Below are positions 38,432-47,099 of a stretch of DNA of 64,000 bases, piece after piece. The notes beneath the pieces are model-generated. The model did not search any database and was not told where the DNA came from. It saw nothing but the letters and a program-made list of their open reading frames with translations. Origin of the DNA: a bacterium (lineage in GTDB: Bacteria > Patescibacteriota > Microgenomatia > UBA1406 > GWC2-37-13); assembly GCA_027624795.1 (NCBI GenBank), contig JAQBTX010000001.1:27170-91169 (forward strand), read 5' to 3'. The stretch's first letter is position 1. Each line of letters opens with the position of its first letter. The position numbers and the translations under genes are program-made.

Positions 38432-39544
38432 ATGAAGAAAATTAACTTATCAATAAAAAATACTGTAGTTCCTATCGACTTTAACACTCATTTTAAAAAT
38501 CTCGCACATATTGCTGATTCTTTAAATCATGGCGCATCAAAACATTATAAGAAAATGGGGCTCACCTATGTCGATGTTCCAGAAATTGTTGGGATTACTG
38601 GTGCGTGTGAAAACGTAGACACCCTATTTGTCATACAAAACAGAAATGGCATTCCCCTTTTTTTTGCACAAACTGGGCAACTTTCACTTGAACAGATACT
38701 ACAGACACTACCTGGTGCATATACCGTCATTCATTCTGGTCGCGATGAGGAATATGAGGACGCGCGACATTTACGACAATTTAGACTCACTGAAGAGGAA
38801 TTCGATTGCACTCTCGTAAATATGAATCGAGACAATTATGATGAGGAGAAGATGTTTCAAGCACTGCTCAACCATATACAATGTGCAGTACAGGCAATGA
38901 TCTATGAAGTGATCCAAGACCATCAATCCTTATTGGAAAATACGTATCATAGAGATATAGAAGTCCTACACTACACCTCCTCACATGATTTTCAACAAAT
39001 ATCGTATGGGGATGCAGTTGAACTCCTAAATGATAATGGATTTCCAAAAGTACAATTCGGTGATGATCTAAAATCTGAACATGAAGCATGTGTGATAGAA
39101 GTATTAAACAAAGGAGAAACGGAATTACCAGTGTTTATTACCAAGTATCCAAAAGATATTAAATTTTTTAATATGAAGGTTTCAGAAAAAGATCCACGAG
39201 TGGTTCTTTCTGCTGATCTTATTCTTCCCTATGCCGGAGAAGCCACCGGTTCTGCAGTACGTGAACATGATTTCAAAAAACTTGATGAACGACTCACAAA
39301 TTCTACTATGTTTAAACTCCATACTCAAAGAGGGGGAACCTATGATGATTTTAAATGGTATTTGGATATTATTAAAAGCAAAAAAACCAATCCTCATGCA
39401 GGATATGGCATAGGTAATGAACGGGTACTCCAATATATCTTTGGAGAAAAAGATATTAGAAACGTATCGTTATTTTCACTGTTAAACAATCAAACCGGAG
39501 ATTGGGATAAGTCGAAACAGGGAAATAACAAGTTTGTAAAATAA
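38432..39544 (+). CDS. Class IIb aaRS catalytic-core paralog (AsnRS-like, no anticodon-binding domain)
   Basis: Motif 2-like RDEE..DARHLRQF, PVFITKYP..IK.FNM, ADLILP..GE, motif 3 PHAGYGIGNERVL; no N-terminal OB fold. Confidence 0.85.
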   Translation: MKKINLSIKNTVVPIDFNTHFKNLAHIADSLNHGASKHYKKMGLTYVDVPEIVGITGACENVDTLFVIQNRNGIPLFFAQTGQLSLEQILQTLPGAYTVIHSGRDEEYEDARHLRQFRLTEEEFDCTLVNMNRDNYDEEKMFQALLNHIQCAVQAMIYEVIQDHQSLLENTYHRDIEVLHYTSSHDFQQISYGDAVELLNDNGFPKVQFGDDLKSEHEACVIEVLNKGETELPVFITKYPKDIKFFNMKVSEKDPRVVLSADLILPYAGEATGSAVREHDFKKLDERLTNSTMFKLHTQRGGTYDDFKWYLDIIKSKKTNPHAGYGIGNERVLQYIFGEKDIRNVSLFSLLNNQTGDWDKSKQGNNKFVK

Positions 39545-39552
39545 ATATACAG

Positions 39553-39581
39553 TTGCATAAATGTATAATTATGATTATAAT
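39553..39581 (+). promoter_or_regulatory. Sigma70-type promoter of leader peptide
   Basis: TTGCAT-N17-TATAAT, 7 nt before ATG 39589. Confidence 0.7.
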
Positions 39582-39588
39582 ACCAACA

Positions 39589-39660
39589 ATGATCACATTA
39601 CTTACACTCACCAGCATCGTTTCACGACGAACCAACGGGGGAGTAAGTTTTGTGATATAA
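39589..39660 (+). CDS. Candidate attenuator leader peptide MITLLTLTSIVSRRTNGGVSFVI (not in ORF track)
   Basis: 23-codon ORF at predicted transcription start, overlapping antiterminator segment, ending 20 nt before the terminator. Confidence 0.65.
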   Translation: MITLLTLTSIVSRRTNGGVSFVI

Positions 39661-39680
39661 CAATCACAGAAACAAGACAA

Positions 39681-39714
39681 TCCCCTGCCCATAAAACGGC
39701 GGGGGATTTTTTTT
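39681..39714 (+). terminator. Intrinsic terminator (attenuator 3:4 hairpin)
   Basis: TCCCCTGCC-CATAAAAC-GGCGGGGGA followed by T8. Confidence 0.85.
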
Positions 39715-39735
39715 GGTTAAAAATTACTAGCACTT

Positions 39736-40254
39736 ATGATAGATATACTAATATCAAGTACGCATAAATCAAAAACGCCAGCACTGGATGCAAACGATAT
39801 TTGGGTGGTTTTAATGGATGATCCGACATTTGCATCAACGTACGAAAGAGAAACTCAAGCTCATAAACCATTTGTAGATGCTCTTCCTGAGCTTTTCAAG
39901 GAAGAGATGAATAAATATGTTGGCGCTGCTCTCCTAATGCAGCTCAGATCCAAATATCTATCCTATTGTCTTCAGAATGATTATGTTGGAACAGTACTTG
40001 GAGGAAGATTTAAGGGTGCCTTTCAAAAAGAATTGGAAAAAGCAACAATACTCTATAGTAGTTCTGCCAGATTTGTTGATGAATCAATAAAAAAACAAAA
40101 TAAAACCGATATCGAATGGTTGATGCACTTTTGTTTAAGTCCAGCATCTCTCACGATGCATTCAGAAGGAATACTTACAGTAAGACAGTTACTTTTGACC
40201 CAACCAATGGCAATCATAAGTACGCCACCTCAAACAGTTTTATCCACGTATTAA
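39736..40254 (+). CDS. Hypothetical protein
   Basis: 172-aa ORF directly after attenuator; no family recognised. Confidence 0.6.
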   Translation: MIDILISSTHKSKTPALDANDIWVVLMDDPTFASTYERETQAHKPFVDALPELFKEEMNKYVGAALLMQLRSKYLSYCLQNDYVGTVLGGRFKGAFQKELEKATILYSSSARFVDESIKKQNKTDIEWLMHFCLSPASLTMHSEGILTVRQLLLTQPMAIISTPPQTVLSTY

Positions 40255-40259
40255 GTACT

Positions 40260-40865
40260 ATGGAAAATTTATCAACATATATGGTCGAGACTGAACTAAA
40301 TTCACTTATTCTTCTTAAAAACGATGCCTTTACTGCTCGTGTAGCAACAGAGGGCGATACTTTGTGGACAAATACAATAAGTAATTGGATTAGTAATGCG
40401 GGACCCCAGAAAATGATACCTAAAGATATCAGTACTATTGCTAGATACTTTAGAGACCAAGACTCCGTACTTGTTTTTAGTAATGAAGGCCTACTCGTAG
40501 GACATATTGCGTTTACGTATAGATATGGTGTGGGAAATGAACGTGTAGAAATAGGTTCTTTGTGTATCAATCCGGAATTTGGAGGTAAAGGGATAGCGAC
40601 TATGGCAGTTCAAGGCATTATACGCTACGCTGCTTTAACATTTGATGTAGATACAAATATATTTGCTATGTGCAACCAAGAAAGCCTACATATATTTGTT
40701 AATAAAGTAGGAGGGATAATTGTCCCTTGTGAAAAAACAGATAATGAAGTGTACAATCATTGTGAGCTCTGCCCACGTGCAGCAGGTGCGTCGACATCCG
40801 CACCTCCTTGTCGCCATACCCATGTAGACCTTACACGAGTAGTTGCATCGCTTCGAGAGGTATAA
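40260..40865 (+). CDS. GNAT N-acetyltransferase, ArgA-like, with Cys-rich C-terminus
   Basis: EIGSLCINPEFGGKGIA acetyl-CoA motif, IFAM, VYNHCELCP...C; start trimmed to ATG 40260. Confidence 0.8.
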   Translation: MENLSTYMVETELNSLILLKNDAFTARVATEGDTLWTNTISNWISNAGPQKMIPKDISTIARYFRDQDSVLVFSNEGLLVGHIAFTYRYGVGNERVEIGSLCINPEFGGKGIATMAVQGIIRYAALTFDVDTNIFAMCNQESLHIFVNKVGGIIVPCEKTDNEVYNHCELCPRAAGASTSAPPCRHTHVDLTRVVASLREV

Positions 40866-40892
40866 TGCTTTATTATTTGTTATCATATCACC

Positions 40893-42665
40893 ATGCTGAA
40901 AGACAAAATTCACATCATCATAGCTCAAGCTTTAGAGGAACTCAACCTTCCTTCAGACAAGCTTGCCATTTCTCCGCCCAACAATGAAAATTTTGGAGAT
41001 TATGCCACGAACATAGCCCTTCAACTGGCAAAGAGTGAAAAGAAAAACCCCATGGTACTGGCACAACATATAGTTGATGCAATCAAGACTGGTGATGTGA
41101 TAGAAAAAGCAGAGGTTATGAATCCAGGATTTATAAATATTCATATTGGTAAAAATAAACTGATCGAAAATCTCTCTCAAATTGCTATCAATAAGATTGA
41201 AATTCCTCAAGTAAATAGCGGTAAGAAAATTATTGTAGAATATTCAAATCCCAATATTGCAAAACCATTTACAGTTGGACATCTACGCTCAACTATTATC
41301 GGTGATACTATCGCAAACCTTTTTGAGTCAACTGGGGCGACTATTTACCGCGATAATCATCTTGGCGACTGGGGCACACAGTTTGGGAAATTAATTTATG
41401 CTATAAAAGAGTGGGGAAATGAAGAAGAGATAAAAGGTGCTGAAAACCCCGTTAAGATACTGGTTGAATTATATGTCAAATTTCATACTGAAGCAGAAAA
41501 AAATCCTGATTTAGAAATAGAAGGAAGAAAATGGTTTAAAAAACTGGAGGATGGAGATGAAGAAGTTCGACGGTTATGGAAACAATCGATTGAATGGTCT
41601 TGGACTGAATTCGACAGATTATACAAACAACTTGGTATAAAAACAGAGGATTTTGAAAATAATGGCCGCGGATATGGAGAATCGTATTTTGAAGATAAAA
41701 TGGATCCGATCATAAAAGAGTTAAAAGATAAAAAAATATTACAAGAAAGCAAAGGGGCATGGCTTGTATTTTTCCCCGATGAAAAATTTCCTCCCATGAT
41801 GCTCGTGAAACAAGATGGCGCTACATTGTATGCGACGAGAGATCTCGCGACAGATAAATTCAGATTAAATAAATATGGAAAAGACGTGATCATTATTAAT
41901 GAAGTTGGAGCTGAACAATCATTATATTTTCAACAACTTTATGAAGTAGAAAAAATGGCCGGATGGGTAACGGATGGTCAGCGTATTCATATCAAGCATG
42001 GCATGTTTAGATTTAAAGACTCCAAAATGTCTACAAGGAAAGGGAATACCATATGGCTTGAAGATGTATTGGAAGAAGCCATAAAGAGAGCGCATGAAAT
42101 TGCAATGGAAGTTGGAATAAAAGAACAAGGTGATATATCAATGATTAAGAGTAGTCATATTATTGGGGGAGAATCTAAACGTGAAGAAGTTACATATAAA
42201 ATCGCAATCGGAGCTCTTAAATGGAATGACTTAAAGCGGAGCGCTCATATGGATATTGTTTTTGATTGGGATGAGCTTCTTAATATGCAAGGAAACTCCG
42301 GACCTTATGTTCAATATACCTATGTCCGTTGTAAGTCTGTGTTGGGTAAAGCAGATAATCCTGTCATTCCCGACCCCGATCGGGAATCCAGAGAAATAAA
42401 TGAAGAGGAGTTAAGCTTGATAAGATCACTTTCTAAATATCCCGAAACTATACTTGAATCTACACAGAATTTTGCTCCAAATTACTTGTGTTTATATTTA
42501 TATGACTTGTCACAAAAATATAATCTGTTTTATCAAAAACACAAGATTCTAAAAGCGGAAGACGATGAGATTATACAAATGAGACTTACCATAACGAAAG
42601 CTGTAGCAAATGTGCTCAGTCACGGTCTTACCCTACTGGGAATAGAGACGGTTGAAAAGATGTAA
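40893..42665 (+). CDS. argS: Arginyl-tRNA synthetase
   Basis: FGDYATN, EYSNPNIAKPFTVGHLRSTIIG, DWGTQFG, KMSTRKG, GNSGPYVQY, GIETVEKM. Confidence 0.98.
   Translation: MLKDKIHIIIAQALEELNLPSDKLAISPPNNENFGDYATNIALQLAKSEKKNPMVLAQHIVDAIKTGDVIEKAEVMNPGFINIHIGKNKLIENLSQIAINKIEIPQVNSGKKIIVEYSNPNIAKPFTVGHLRSTIIGDTIANLFESTGATIYRDNHLGDWGTQFGKLIYAIKEWGNEEEIKGAENPVKILVELYVKFHTEAEKNPDLEIEGRKWFKKLEDGDEEVRRLWKQSIEWSWTEFDRLYKQLGIKTEDFENNGRGYGESYFEDKMDPIIKELKDKKILQESKGAWLVFFPDEKFPPMMLVKQDGATLYATRDLATDKFRLNKYGKDVIIINEVGAEQSLYFQQLYEVEKMAGWVTDGQRIHIKHGMFRFKDSKMSTRKGNTIWLEDVLEEAIKRAHEIAMEVGIKEQGDISMIKSSHIIGGESKREEVTYKIAIGALKWNDLKRSAHMDIVFDWDELLNMQGNSGPYVQYTYVRCKSVLGKADNPVIPDPDRESREINEEELSLIRSLSKYPETILESTQNFAPNYLCLYLYDLSQKYNLFYQKHKILKAEDDEIIQMRLTITKAVANVLSHGLTLLGIETVEKM
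42362..42391 (+). repeat. YGTC-tagged palindromic repeat inside argS
   Basis: TGTCATTCCCGACCCCGATCGGGAATCCAG, ATTCCCGA/TCGGGAAT stem; encodes VIPDPDRES. Confidence 0.8.
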
Positions 42666-42670
42666 TCTAT

Positions 42671-43243
42671 TTACGCGCTCTTGGTTGGACTTGGGGTTGG
42701 TGTTTCTGTACCAGATGCATTAGATTCTGCTGTTGTATCGGATGACTCCTCGGTAATTGAAGTAGATTCACCCAGTGCTTCTCCATCTGCATCAAGGCTT
42801 CCTACGACAACAACTACATCGGTTTCTGCATCTTCATCAAGCTCTTCAACTTTCGACTGAACATCATATTTCTCCTTTAATACTTTTTTTATCTCATCAA
42901 GCCAATCTTTACTGACATCTGCTTTAGCTTGTATAACTGTTTCTTCATAATCGTAATTATCTGCATTTCCTGTTGATTTTACTTCATAATCATTATCGGC
43001 AAGAAGCTCCTCAACAATGCCCGCTTGTCCAGCTATACCACTTCCATTTTGCACTTCAATACTATAATCTCCCGGTTTCATGCTTTTTTCTGGAGTTGGG
43101 GTCGGCTTTTCTTCAGTGTCAGATAATGCAACTTCAGTATCTGCAGGTGGATTTGCTAATTTATCTTGAACTGACTGATAGTACATAAACCCACCAACGG
43201 CAATGATAGCTACTATAAGTACACCAATTATGATCTTTAACAT
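42671..43243 (-). CDS. Membrane-anchored LytR C-terminal domain protein
   Basis: TM, IEVQNGSGIAGQAG, TGNAD, DVVVVVG. Confidence 0.85.
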   Translation of the reverse strand: MLKIIIGVLIVAIIAVGGFMYYQSVQDKLANPPADTEVALSDTEEKPTPTPEKSMKPGDYSIEVQNGSGIAGQAGIVEELLADNDYEVKSTGNADNYDYEETVIQAKADVSKDWLDEIKKVLKEKYDVQSKVEELDEDAETDVVVVVGSLDADGEALGESTSITEESSDTTAESNASGTETPTPSPTKSA

Positions 43244-43294
43244 ATATAAATTTTAAATAGTAATTTCAAGTAATCCATTATAGGACAAGTTTTG

Positions 43295-45034
43295 CTACAA
43301 CTCAATATGCTTTACCAACCCTTGCAGCGTTTCGCGCCCATTCCATACATTCAAATCTATTTGATAGACTATACGGACAGTCTGATTCTTTCGTAACTGG
43401 TTAAATACATGAGCCATATTGAATGCGACCATTTCCAGGGGAGACGAGCTATTTATCGGATCTTTTACCTGTAATTTAAGATGATTTTTGAGTTTTCCCA
43501 ATATTCCTGCATGCACCACCGTAACTTCCGACATAAACACGGGTCGCGGATTTCCAATGCCAAAAGGGTTTAAGTGTTGAAGTGCATCATATAATTTTCT
43601 TGTTACTAAAGAGATAGGCATATGGATATCGGCTACTATAGTTCGCTCTAGGACTTTTTCTGAAATTTGATCTGATGCAAATTTTTGTGCTTTTTTGATG
43701 AAGATATCACGCTTTTTTTCAAGCATCGTAAACCCTGCAGCTCCAGCGTGGCCGCCATAATTGATGAGATAGTTTTGTAATTGACCTAAAAACTCTGTTA
43801 TATGGAATCCACTGATAGATCTGACCGATGCCTTGTAGTGGCCATCACCCTTGGTCATAACTATAGTTGGTCGGTAGTACTTTTCTACCATGCTACTGGC
43901 TATAAGTCCGATCACTCCTTCATGCCAATGATCAGAATAAAGGATGATGAGTTTGGGTAAATCGCCATTCATTTTTTGCGATTCCACCATATGCTCAGCT
44001 TCAGTTACCTGTTCTTTCACCAGCTCTTGACGTTTAGTATTCACGCTCCCCATTTTGTGGGCAAGCTCTTGGGCCCGCTCATTACTTGTAGTGCAGATCA
44101 GACGGAGCGCATCAATGGCATGTTCGAGTCTCCCTATGGCATTGATGCGCGGGGCGATTAAAAACCCTACTTCGTAAGGAGATATTGGTCGTCCTTCAAT
44201 GCCAGCTTCTCTAAAAAGGTGAGTAAATCCATGACGCTTCATACGAGAAAATGCTTGTAATCCGTGTGAAACTAACGATCGAGACGGGCCAACAAGTGGT
44301 ACTAAATCTGCCACCGTACCAATTGATGCTATTGCAGCGTAGTCTACATTGAAGTTGTGTTCTAATTTTTTGATATTCTTTGTCATTTTCAAAAATGAGA
44401 CGCCATCGTTTTTCACCCTTCCTTTATTGAGTTCTGGATGACACATCTTCATATAGATTTCTTTTGCTACAAAGTAAGCAACTCCTGATCCAGACAATGT
44501 GGGAATATGTATGATGAGTTTCGCATCTGTGGGGATCGTTTCTTGCTTATGATGATGGTCAGTAACAATGATGGGTATTCCTAATTTTTCCTTTGCATAA
44601 CGTATCTGTTTAGTGGCTGTTATCCCATGATCTACACTGATAATAAGATCTGGATTATATTTTTTTTTAATGTTGTCAAGTCCCTTTATAGAAAACCCAT
44701 ATCCTTCAGTGATGCGATTTGGCACATAGGGCATAGTATTAAAACCCAAAAGATGAAGTGTTTCCCAGAGTACGGCCCCGCCCGTTATTCCATCTGCATC
44801 ATAATCAGTGTAAACAACTATTGTTCCATTTGATTCATATACTTTAGAAAGTATATTAATTAATTGAGTGATATCTTTTTTCTTGAATCCAAAATCTGAT
44901 AGGCTCATTGTTTCTGGAGATGGGGGGGATATAAACGCTTCTCTATCTTCTATTCCACGATCCTTCAAAATCAACTCTACAATCTTATCTATAGGGATTC
45001 GCTCAGTGATTTCGTTTTTGACTTTGATTTCCAT
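43295..45034 (-). CDS. recJ: Single-stranded-DNA exonuclease RecJ
   Basis: DYDADG, EGYG, TDHH, GTVADLVPL, PRINAIGRL, GGHAGAAG, PFGIGNP. Confidence 0.96.
   Translation of the reverse strand: MEIKVKNEITERIPIDKIVELILKDRGIEDREAFISPPSPETMSLSDFGFKKKDITQLINILSKVYESNGTIVVYTDYDADGITGGAVLWETLHLLGFNTMPYVPNRITEGYGFSIKGLDNIKKKYNPDLIISVDHGITATKQIRYAKEKLGIPIIVTDHHHKQETIPTDAKLIIHIPTLSGSGVAYFVAKEIYMKMCHPELNKGRVKNDGVSFLKMTKNIKKLEHNFNVDYAAIASIGTVADLVPLVGPSRSLVSHGLQAFSRMKRHGFTHLFREAGIEGRPISPYEVGFLIAPRINAIGRLEHAIDALRLICTTSNERAQELAHKMGSVNTKRQELVKEQVTEAEHMVESQKMNGDLPKLIILYSDHWHEGVIGLIASSMVEKYYRPTIVMTKGDGHYKASVRSISGFHITEFLGQLQNYLINYGGHAGAAGFTMLEKKRDIFIKKAQKFASDQISEKVLERTIVADIHMPISLVTRKLYDALQHLNPFGIGNPRPVFMSEVTVVHAGILGKLKNHLKLQVKDPINSSSPLEMVAFNMAHVFNQLRKNQTVRIVYQIDLNVWNGRETLQGLVKHIEL
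44381..44443. repeat. Degenerate inverted pair of YGTC-tagged repeats inside recJ
   Basis: TGTCATTTTC...GGATGACA; encodes CHPELNKGRVKNDGVSFLKMT. Confidence 0.5.
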
Positions 45035-45037
45035 ATA

Positions 45038-46024
45038 TTACTCTCCCAAACTCTTCTGGTCTGATGCAGAAAGTGATGAGGTGGATTCTAACTTGTGTCC
45101 TAATTTAGACAATTCTTGTAGCATAGTAGACGACTGACTATAAGCATTTACAATATGCTTATTTAGAATTGTTGCTGCACCTTCCGTTGCTTCATAATAC
45201 TTTTGCATCGATTTAAGTGACGATAATATTTCTTTTGCTTGTTGCTGTACTCGTAGTCCTTCATGTGAAACCAAGATGACACGCAAATAGGCATAAAAAC
45301 TCATGGGTGATACGGGCACAATGCGATGTTCAGAAGCATAGTCATATAAATCTTCTGAATTGATAATTTCGTAATACACGCTTTCTGAAGGAATATACAT
45401 AAGGGCATAGTCAAGTGTGCCTTCTGAGGGAAGAATATATTTTTTAGAGATAGAAGAAATATGCTGTTTAACATCTCTTATAAATTCTTTTTTAGCCGAT
45501 GATCTATCTGCTTCATTCTGGAGTTCTATCATTTTTTTGAAGTTTGAGAGCGGAAATTTAGAGTCAATGACAATGAGCCCTTGTGTTGTTTGAACAACAG
45601 CATCTGCGCGGCTACCATCTTGGAATGAATGCTGAAGGGAGTACATCTCCCTTGGCAGTGATTGACTCAGAAGTTCTTTCAATACCTGCTCGCCGATGTT
45701 ACCTCGAAGTTTGGGTGATTGAAGAAATGTTTGAAGTTCCTGCATTGAACGGCCAATTTCTGAAAATTCACCAATCGTTCGTTGCACATGCATCATAGCT
45801 TCTGCAGATCTGTCTAAGCGCTTATTAAACATATCCATATTGTGAGATAGTTTAGCGTCAACATGAGTATTGGTTTGATCGATTCGATTTCCTAAATCTT
45901 TGAGCCACGACACAAGCTCGTCTGAAACTTGTGATGAGGATTCTAGCTTATTGAACCACATACGCACAATAACCAGGATGATAATTGCGGAGACAGCTAT
46001 AAAAATATAGGGAAGTACTTGCAT
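45038..46024 (-). CDS. rmuC: DNA recombination protein RmuC
   Basis: PKLRGNIGE..L, IDSKFPL, ISKKYILP.EGT.DYALMYIPSE, PVSP; start trimmed to ATG 46024. Confidence 0.9.
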   Translation of the reverse strand: MQVLPYIFIAVSAIIILVIVRMWFNKLESSSQVSDELVSWLKDLGNRIDQTNTHVDAKLSHNMDMFNKRLDRSAEAMMHVQRTIGEFSEIGRSMQELQTFLQSPKLRGNIGEQVLKELLSQSLPREMYSLQHSFQDGSRADAVVQTTQGLIVIDSKFPLSNFKKMIELQNEADRSSAKKEFIRDVKQHISSISKKYILPSEGTLDYALMYIPSESVYYEIINSEDLYDYASEHRIVPVSPMSFYAYLRVILVSHEGLRVQQQAKEILSSLKSMQKYYEATEGAATILNKHIVNAYSQSSTMLQELSKLGHKLESTSSLSASDQKSLGE

Positions 46025-46054
46025 ACGAAGTACATTATACATGGGCGCTACCCA

Positions 46055-47098
46055 TTACATAAGTCCGCCACTACCTGAGAAGATTTTGGGCTTGAGTGGA
46101 TTCTCTTGAGTTGAATTATTTGTTTCAAATTCTTTTGGTTTCGATAATTTTTCTACTTGATCAATACTTGCTTGATTTGTCATCGCTGATTTTTGAAACA
46201 TGGGCTGTGGTTGTTGAAATGGTTGTGGCTGAATGAATGGATCCTGATCAAAGTCTATGGGTACCATTGGAGGCTGTTGGTAATATGATTGAGGTCCAAA
46301 GTTTTGTCGTTGAGGAAATGGAGCTCGTTGAACAGGTTGCATCGCTCTTTTTTGAGCGCCAGCGCGCAAAAGTGTTGCTACCGATTCATAGGTCTCTGCA
46401 TTTACAGAGTAGGCGGTAAGATTGTTGGTTGCGGCTTGAATTCCTGCATATAAATTGGTTGCCATGTCTTTATCTAAATCTATTTTGAGTCCTTGAATTA
46501 CATCCATTACCAGCTCACTGGTAGAAGAGCTCGATTTAGATACTAAATTGATTGTTCCAAATGAATTATTGATAAGATGTCGATCAATATTTATGATGTT
46601 TTTTCCACTAAACATACTTTCATTTTTCGCATAAATATCACCTAAACTCCTGAGATTTGGAGTATCGATCGTTATTATAAAATCTACCTTTCCACCGGTA
46701 TACGAAAACTGTATATCATTGGGTTCAAGCTTATTGCTCCCTTGACGAGGAACAATAACGAGGTTGAACCGATTACCTTCAATGTTGTAGTCAACTTTAT
46801 CTATAGTGCCATCTTCATAAGGAAACGAAACAATAAGATTGTCTCCACCAGTGGTAACTGAAGTTTTGATTTTGTCGGCACCCGGTAAGTCACTTTGAGG
46901 TATTACTGAAGCAACAATAGACATATTTTTGCCCATTTTAAGAAGTGCCATATAAAGAGCTGTTGCAGCAGCGATAGCATCTGGCGTAGGGTTTGCCGGA
47001 ATGGCAATAATTCCAGATTCCTGCTTGGTAAGCACATCTCGTATTTGTCCGACTAGTTTTGTGATATCAACAGGTTGTTGATTCATTGATGGGTTCAT
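46055..47098 (-). CDS. Degenerate DHH-family (NrnA-like) protein with Q/P-rich tail
   Basis: NPTPDAIAAA, INIDRH..N..FGTINLV, SSTSELV, ATNLYAGI; catalytic motifs altered. Confidence 0.75.
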   Translation of the reverse strand: MNPSMNQQPVDITKLVGQIRDVLTKQESGIIAIPANPTPDAIAAATALYMALLKMGKNMSIVASVIPQSDLPGADKIKTSVTTGGDNLIVSFPYEDGTIDKVDYNIEGNRFNLVIVPRQGSNKLEPNDIQFSYTGGKVDFIITIDTPNLRSLGDIYAKNESMFSGKNIINIDRHLINNSFGTINLVSKSSSSTSELVMDVIQGLKIDLDKDMATNLYAGIQAATNNLTAYSVNAETYESVATLLRAGAQKRAMQPVQRAPFPQRQNFGPQSYYQQPPMVPIDFDQDPFIQPQPFQQPQPMFQKSAMTNQASIDQVEKLSKPKEFETNNSTQENPLKPKIFSGSGGLM

Positions 47099-47099
47099 A

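Noticed and set aside
39561..39767. 68-aa ORF with Asn-rich start (MYNYDYNTNND) next to the AsnRS-like gene, as an Asn-sensing leader
   Set aside because: The Asn/Tyr codons are the TATAAT-rich promoter sequence itself. The ORF reads through the terminator and overlaps the next gene. The 23-codon ORF fits the promoter and attenuator geometry better.
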